This document shows, one piece after another, positions 61,160-64,000 of a stretch of DNA of 64,000 nucleotides. The notes below the pieces were generated by a model. The model had not been told where the DNA came from, did no database searches, and saw nothing but the letters and a program-made list of their open reading frames with translations. The DNA is from Epiperipatus broadwayi (taxonomy: Eukaryota > Animalia > Onychophora). Numbering within the stretch: the stretch's first letter is position 1; every line of letters starts with the position of its first letter. The position numbers and the translations under genes were made by a program. The stretch is taken from positions 4,340,001-4,404,000 of the forward strand of contig JAQFVV010000001.1 of NCBI GenBank assembly GCA_028023455.1. The letters run 5' to 3'.

Positions 61160-64000
61160 GGGATGAGACAATATTTGATATTAGCAGAATCTATCAGTCC
61201 TGTACGCAGTGTAACAGTCAGAATCGTCTATCTCGCTAACACACTGCAGAATTCAAACCCCAGACACGAAACTGAACATTCTAGGAGGAGTTGCCTTCTA
61301 GGTATACTAAGTTCGAATCTAAAGTCCAAATTTTACAGCGCCATCTACGGGATAACGCATCTGATGCCACTACTAGTATAACCTTTGACCGGTGCCTGGT
61401 GGTCAGGGAGAAACAAAAGACTCTATACTAAAAGAAGTTTGGGTGGCTAATTAACGTCTATGGATTTACAAAAGAAATGCAGAAAATATATATATAGACT
61501 GAGACAGTGATAGGAATCAAATAAAATAAGAGATCAAATTTAGTTTTAAATAATTTCACACAATTTATTTATATAAATATATATATAATGCCACTGTCTG
61601 CTTATATGAGACAGGGACGCGTATTAGATAATTGTGGGCATTATATTTCAATAAATGACAAAAAGGTTTTAAAACAAAGTGATATATTCTATTCCTCGGG
61701 CTAATAGTATTACGATAATGTGCTTGACGAGATAGGAACATGTGCGAGGTGCTTTGAGCAATTATACAAGTTTAAGAAAATATTTGGAAAATTAAGTGTT
61801 CTAAAATATTTATTGATTTCGAGAATAGCACGGACTAAAGCTTACTAAGCAACAACGTGGGAATGTGATCAAAGCATTTATTTGATAATAATATTAATAG
61901 AGTTGCATTGGGAGGTCAGTATTGCTGATAATGAATTTATTAAAGTTGGAGGGTGTGACACGTTTAAGTCACGGATGCTTTGTAAAATAAATATAAAATA
62001 AAACAATATTGAAGATCCGGAATAATTACAGAGGGCATCTCGCCGCTAACCCGTAGGAAAGTATTTTATGAACAGCCGAAACTTAGCGACTGTGTGACGA
62101 TTGCGTTTAATTCTCAGGGGTGTCATTTGGGACACCCTCTGCCTGGAAACTTGCAATAAGCGAAAAGAACGGACTTTGCCGTGTAAAGAATCCTTGGAAA
62201 AATAAACAAAGCGGTCTCAACAACCAATTCATTTACCAGCAATACGAGACGAGTGTATATAAAACATACTGAATGGGTTTTGCTTGGATTAAGAGAAATG
62301 CCCAGTCAAATTCCCCGAAATCATTTAAAAGGGTCCGCACATTCTCGACGTCAATGATGAACTTTGTAATTAAAGTAGAACACGGTAATTAAAATAGGAA
62401 AATGCATGCTAGCGGGTTTGAAAAGTAAGTATAGATTGATATACGCAATCATGCATTAAGGGACACATTTAATCATTGACCTCGCACATACTCTTATATT
62501 AGATTAAAATCAATAACATGTAGATTTTAAACTATGTGATTATATTATATTAAAGAAAAGAATCGCCCTCGAACGAGTGATTTGCAAGATAATAAAATTG
62601 GAAAATTATAAATTTAAAATATGCCTTAATAGCGGCGTCTTACTTTCAATAAAGGGAATAGTTCACTCGGTCAAAGACGATTCTGACACATTATCATAAT
62701 AAAATAAAAGAAAGCTTTATAAATAGAAAATATTAACCCAAGGATAGAGAGCAAAATGTTGAGTATATTTAAACACATTAAAGAAATACATAATGAAGTT
62801 ATGTGAAATATAAGGAAAACAATTTTAAATAGCTATAGCATGTTAGTTATCACAAGAGCTCTTGGGTTAATTTAGGTTACCTCTGGAGAAGCATTTGCAG
62901 GTAGATGTTCGGCAGGTTTTATAATTCAGCAGCAAAATCTGGAATGTTCATATTTTTGCAGCAGCAGCAATTCCGGGGTTTCTTATGTGATAGCTTTCAA
63001 TGGTATGGAGCAGCAGCTGGCTATTCCGAGGGGACATAGCCATCTTAACGCCTCTACTCTGACATGTCAAGGTTAGCAAATTATTAGAATAGAACACAGA
63101 ATGATTTCTCTTAGACACATTAGAATAAAAAACAACTAACTGGAGAACAAAAGAAAAACCTCCTTTTTATAGTAGAATTTAACAATAGAACTGCCCTGGA
63201 GCATTACAAAAATATCGGACTTATCAGCTGTAATTAAATCATCGGAATGTCTAAAGGAATTCAACATTAATTAATTTCTTTTGTTAATTTCCCTGTCGAC
63301 ATTCGAATTACAAACTAGATTTAATTAAAAATTACTTTTATTAATTAAAGAAAACCTTAAGTGGACATCTGCTGCTTTTAGATAAACTTATACAACATTT
63401 ACTAATTAAACTATTGTCCCTGATTTATTTAAACAGAAATATTTGGAAAAACTTTTGTTAAATTAAAGAAAATGATTTTACTTTTTAAATTGCAATATTT
63501 GAATCTATTTACTAAACGAATATTTACTAAATGAATTTTATTTTAAATCAAAATATATTACGACGGTAATATATTTGTAAATAGATTCAAACAAAATAAC
63601 TTTAACAATTTATAATTTTGATATGTTTTAAAATGGATATCATAGTGTGTGCGCAATTACGACTTATATAACTTACTTTTTAATAAATGTAAATTATGTG
63701 AACAAATACATAATTCATAATATTTTATTTTATTTGGGAATAAGTTATATATATAATACGAGCATTGTGCTCGTGGTTTAAAATTAGGTGGGATTTTCGG
63801 TATATAAGTGTATTGCAGACACACTACGATAGATTGGGGTTAGGGTGAGAAAAGGTGAAACGAAGATCTGCAAAGCAGACCTTACTGTTTCAGCAGTGGT
63901 GATATCCCAAATTTACAAGAACCGGTTCTCTAAAGGCAGGTGATTTTTAAGAACCTATTATGTTTATTCTTCTTTCTAAGCGTGGAAGCAAATCACTTTT
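61160..64000. promoter_or_regulatory. CpG-retaining region (candidate unmethylated promoter/enhancer)
   Basis: About 50 CpGs counted by eye in 61160-62700, versus about 13 in 55000-60000. No long ORF; no TIRs or LTRs recognised. Confidence 0.45.
61335..61351 (-). promoter_or_regulatory. CTCF-like motif
   Basis: Minus strand CCCGTAGATGGCGCTGT matches CCRSYAGRKGGCRS at 13/14 positions. Confidence 0.45.

Noticed and set aside
62880-63050. GC-richer CAG-containing stretch as an exon
   Set aside because: Minus-strand frames close within about 30 codons, and I found no splice-bounded exon or similarity to TBC1D1/4.

Overview
Very AT-rich, CpG-depleted animal genomic DNA (invertebrate, probably arthropod; this is inference). 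Almost the whole window is intron of one + strand gene, a TBC1D1/TBC1D4 (AS160, Drosophila plx) family Rab-GAP. Two coding exons of its second PTB domain are present (9830-10468 and 46618-46713), separated by a 36.1-kb intron. The introns are full of mobile DNA: one full-length intact RTE LINE (2208-5503, - strand) whose 5' end is exactly the cleavage site of an HDV-like ribozyme fold, a Penelope-like GIY-YIG remnant, a decayed Merlin transposase, three decayed Gypsy elements, older LINE fragments, MITEs and tandem duplications. The most striking unexplained structure is a family of ~400-440 bp tandem repeats at three loci (32.8-33.9, 51.3-53.0, 53.7-54.4 kb). Each unit carries a minimal type I hammerhead ribozyme motif (consensus CTGATGA-AAGCCACAAGCTA-GAAA-CTAGTC). 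Every locus is an inverted partial unit joined head-to-head to a forward array, and two loci have 14-15 bp target-site duplications. This points to a non-autonomous retrozyme or Penelope pLTR-like element. From ~61.16 kb the sequence abruptly becomes CpG-rich and contains a CTCF-like motif. All translations, counts and folds were done by eye; no searches were run.
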